From Okamejei kenojei (lineage: Eukaryota): DNA of 64,000 bases. Under the pieces are notes generated by a model that did not search any database, was not told the DNA's origin, and was given only the letters and a program-made list of their open reading frames with translations. The translations under genes and the position numbers were made by a program. Positions 61,337 to 64,000 of the stretch are shown piece by piece. The stretch lies in assembly GCA_035221665.1 (NCBI GenBank), contig CM069132.1, positions 131,440,001-131,504,000 on the forward strand, read 5' to 3'. Positions within the stretch are counted from its first letter, which is position 1. Each line of letters starts with the position of its first letter.

Positions 61337-61957
61337 AGTATAGGAGCCGGGAGGTTCTACTTCAGTTGTATAGGGTCTTGGTGAGGCCACACCTGGAGTA
61401 TTGCGTACAGTTCTGGTCTCCAAATCTGAGGAAAGACATTATTGCCATAGAGCGAGTGCAGAGAAGGTTCACCAGACTGATTCCTGGGATAGCTGGACCG
61501 TCTTATGAAGAAAGACTGGATAGACTCGGTTTATACTCTAGAATATAGGAGATTGAGAGGGGATCTTATAGAAACTTACAAAATTCTTAAGGGGTTGGAC
61601 AGGCTAGATGCAGGAAGATTATTCCCGATGTTGGGGAAGTCCAGGACAAGGGGTCACAGCTTAAGGATAGGGGGGAAATCCTTTAAGACCGAGATGAGAA
61701 ATACTTTTTTCACACAGAGAGTGGTGAGTCTCTGGAACTCTCTGCCATAGAGGGTAGTTGAGGCCAGTTCATTGGCTATATTTAAGAGGGAGTTAGATGT
61801 GGCCTTTGTGGCTAAGGGGATCAGGGGGTACGGAGAGAAGGCAGGTACGGGATACTGAGTTGGATGATCAGCCATGATCATATTGAATGGCGGTGCAGGC
61901 TCGAAGGGCCGAGTGGCCTACTCCTGCACCTAATTTCTATGTTTCTATGTTTCTATG

Positions 61958-62590
61958 TAAGATCATGAGAGATAGGAGCAGAATTAGGCCATTTGGCCCA
62001 TCAAGTCTACTGCCATTCAAAAATGGCTGATCGATCTCTCTCTCCTAAACCCATTCTACTGCCTTCTCCCCATATCCTCCGACACCCGTACAAATCTGCC
62101 TTAAATATTTCCACTGACTTTGCCTCCACAGGCAAAGAATTACACATATTCACTACCCTCTCACCAAATAAATTCCTCATCATCTCCTTCCTAAAAGAAC
62201 ATCCTTTAATTCTGAGACTATGACCTCTAGTCTTAGACTCTCCCACTAGTAGAAACATCATCTCCACATCCACTCTATCCAAGCCTTTCACTATTCTGTA
62301 TGTTGCAGTGAGGTCCCCCTCATTATTCTAAACTCCAGTGAATACAGGCCCAGTGCCGTCAAACAATCGTTATATGTTAACCTACTCTTTCCTCTGAACA
62401 TTCTTGTAAACCTTCTCTGGACATCCTCCAGAGCTAGCATATCCATCCTCAGATATGGTGCCCAAAATTGCTCACAATATTCCAAATGCGGCCTGACCAG
62501 CGCCTTAAGCTTCAGCATTTCATCCCTGTTTTTGTATACAAGCTCTCTCGCAATAAATGCGACCATTGTGTTTGCTTTCTTTACTACCAA
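61958..62590 (-). mobile_element. CR1 subfamily D 3' fragment
   Basis: ORFs 62007-62291(-) and 62291-62599(-): LVRPHLEYCEQFWAPYLR, KTRGHSLRIKG. Confidence 0.9.
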
Positions 62591-64000
62591 TTCAAACAAT
62601 CAATTCCATTCCTACACGAGCCGAGCTTTGCTGATTCTGCCGAATGGATCAGACTAGTTTTCATTGCACACTGGTGCATATGACAATAAACTATTCTGAA
62701 TCTGATGTAGATGTATCAACTTCTCTCATTCAAGCAAACCTTCATAGTTTCAGTTTAGTTCCCACCTCAGTTAGTGACAAGCCAAGTCATGAGGGCGCTC
62801 AAAACATACAACCCTAAAAATATGGCAAGTTACCTTAACAGGAAGTTTTCAAACAGACCTGTCTTGAAACCACTGCAATAACTCAGTTCAAACTCCCTCT
62901 GATATGTTAATGTAATTTTGGATCCTGAAGTTTGCAAAAAAGCAAACACTTGTCAGTCTATATTCACTTAAGATTATTTTAAATTTTGCTTGGGGAATGC
63001 AAGATGAAAACAGTTTATTTTCAGATAAACTGAAACTTTAATAAACTTCAGCACAACTGATTGCTTAAAGTGTCCAATTTCTCCATTGCAATTAACTTTC
63101 AAAATTGAAAATTTGAAGCATTAGCAAGGACTGATAAACATAATTACAAACTTCATTCCCAGTATTCCACCTTTCCCACTTATGCCTCAATCTATAACTG
63201 GCTACATCCTCGCCCTCCTTCACCTCTGCAATGTTCCCAAATATAAAAGCTGGGCTCAATGCGATATTGAATTGAATACCATAAAAGGATTTGCAAAAGT
63301 TGCAATAAAGATGAAGAACTTCAACCAATAGATTCACAGAACAGAATTACCTGATACCATAATAACAGACTGAAACTGACGTCACAATCTTTCCTGTTTA
63401 TATGTTGTGATTTCACGTAGTTCTCAGCATGAACAACAGGAGATGTTAACTCTGCAGCCAAGTCAAAAGGAATAGACCACAGCATAAGCAACACTTTTAG
63501 CCACAAGGCGTGTCGCTGCTGTGTTGTGATGGCAAGAGTTTGGGTAGAGTGCTCCAACTGATCAGAGACATGGAAATGTTGGTGAAGAATAGGTCCTAGT
63601 CAAGGCTTATCCATTTTGCCTGGAGAAGCAGAGCTATGGTCCGATGCTCTTAACTTGTCACCATTGAAGCCCGTCATCCTCTCTGCCTCAATGACGTCTG
63701 GATCATCTCTAACACAGGGAGTAGCACAATGTGGCAAAGTCCAGAAGTAGAGGCATGTAATTAAGCCACAGCTAGAAGCTGCCCCGACCAAGGTATCAGG
63801 GATTATGGGGAGAAGGCAGGAGAATGGGTTGATAGGGAAAGATAGATCAGCCATGATTGAATGACGGAGAAGACTTGATGGGCCGAATGGCCTAATTCTG
63901 CTCCTATAATATGTGAGTGAACCTCCATGGCAAAACACATTCAACAACATGAGATTGTATTTAGAATCACAGGAGGGTGCATGAATGTGGACATATAATA

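Larger units (their letters stand above)
57829..61957 (+). mobile_element. Long CR1 LINE subfamily B (APE endonuclease + RT) interrupted by two nested insertions
   Basis: DIVGITETWL, GGGVALL, VVYRPP, SDHN endonuclease motifs; ORF 59718-61289 with KSPGPD, NYRPV, QHGF, GVPQGSVLGP, FADD; (TTTCTATG)n tail. Confidence 0.96.

Noticed and set aside
63321-63950. Minus-strand ORFs and a CAG|GTAATT donor near 63349 as possible exons
   Set aside because: No recognisable protein similarity; part of ORF 63600-63950 is a CR1 3' fragment; no coherent acceptor or frame.

Overview
Eukaryotic, repeat-dense DNA. The repeat repertoire points to a cartilaginous fish, most likely a skate or ray (inference): several CR1 LINE subfamilies, Neptune-type Penelope-like elements (PLEs), a Rex1/Babar LINE, HE1-like tRNA SINEs and old DeuSINE-like remnants. 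No complete protein-coding gene is evident, so this looks like a gene desert or giant intron with repeat-free islands that may be conserved enhancers. Four things stand out. (1) An isolated exon resembling TDP2 exon 1 (UBA-like domain; ATG 28995, donor after 29150) lies inside what looks like a decayed non-autonomous TIR DNA transposon (28716-30745), a candidate host-gene capture. (2) A tandem Penelope/Neptune insertion has a 10-bp TSD and two 243-bp terminal repeats, each with a minimal hammerhead-ribozyme-like core; many short and often palindromic derivatives of that terminus are spread across the window. (3) A CR1 is inserted into a copy of its own family. (4) A 4.1-kb G-rich tract is probably a mis-sequenced G-quadruplex minisatellite. 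Almost all ORFs in the supplied track are retroelement fragments or low-complexity artefacts. All coordinates were read by eye; old-repeat boundaries are approximate.
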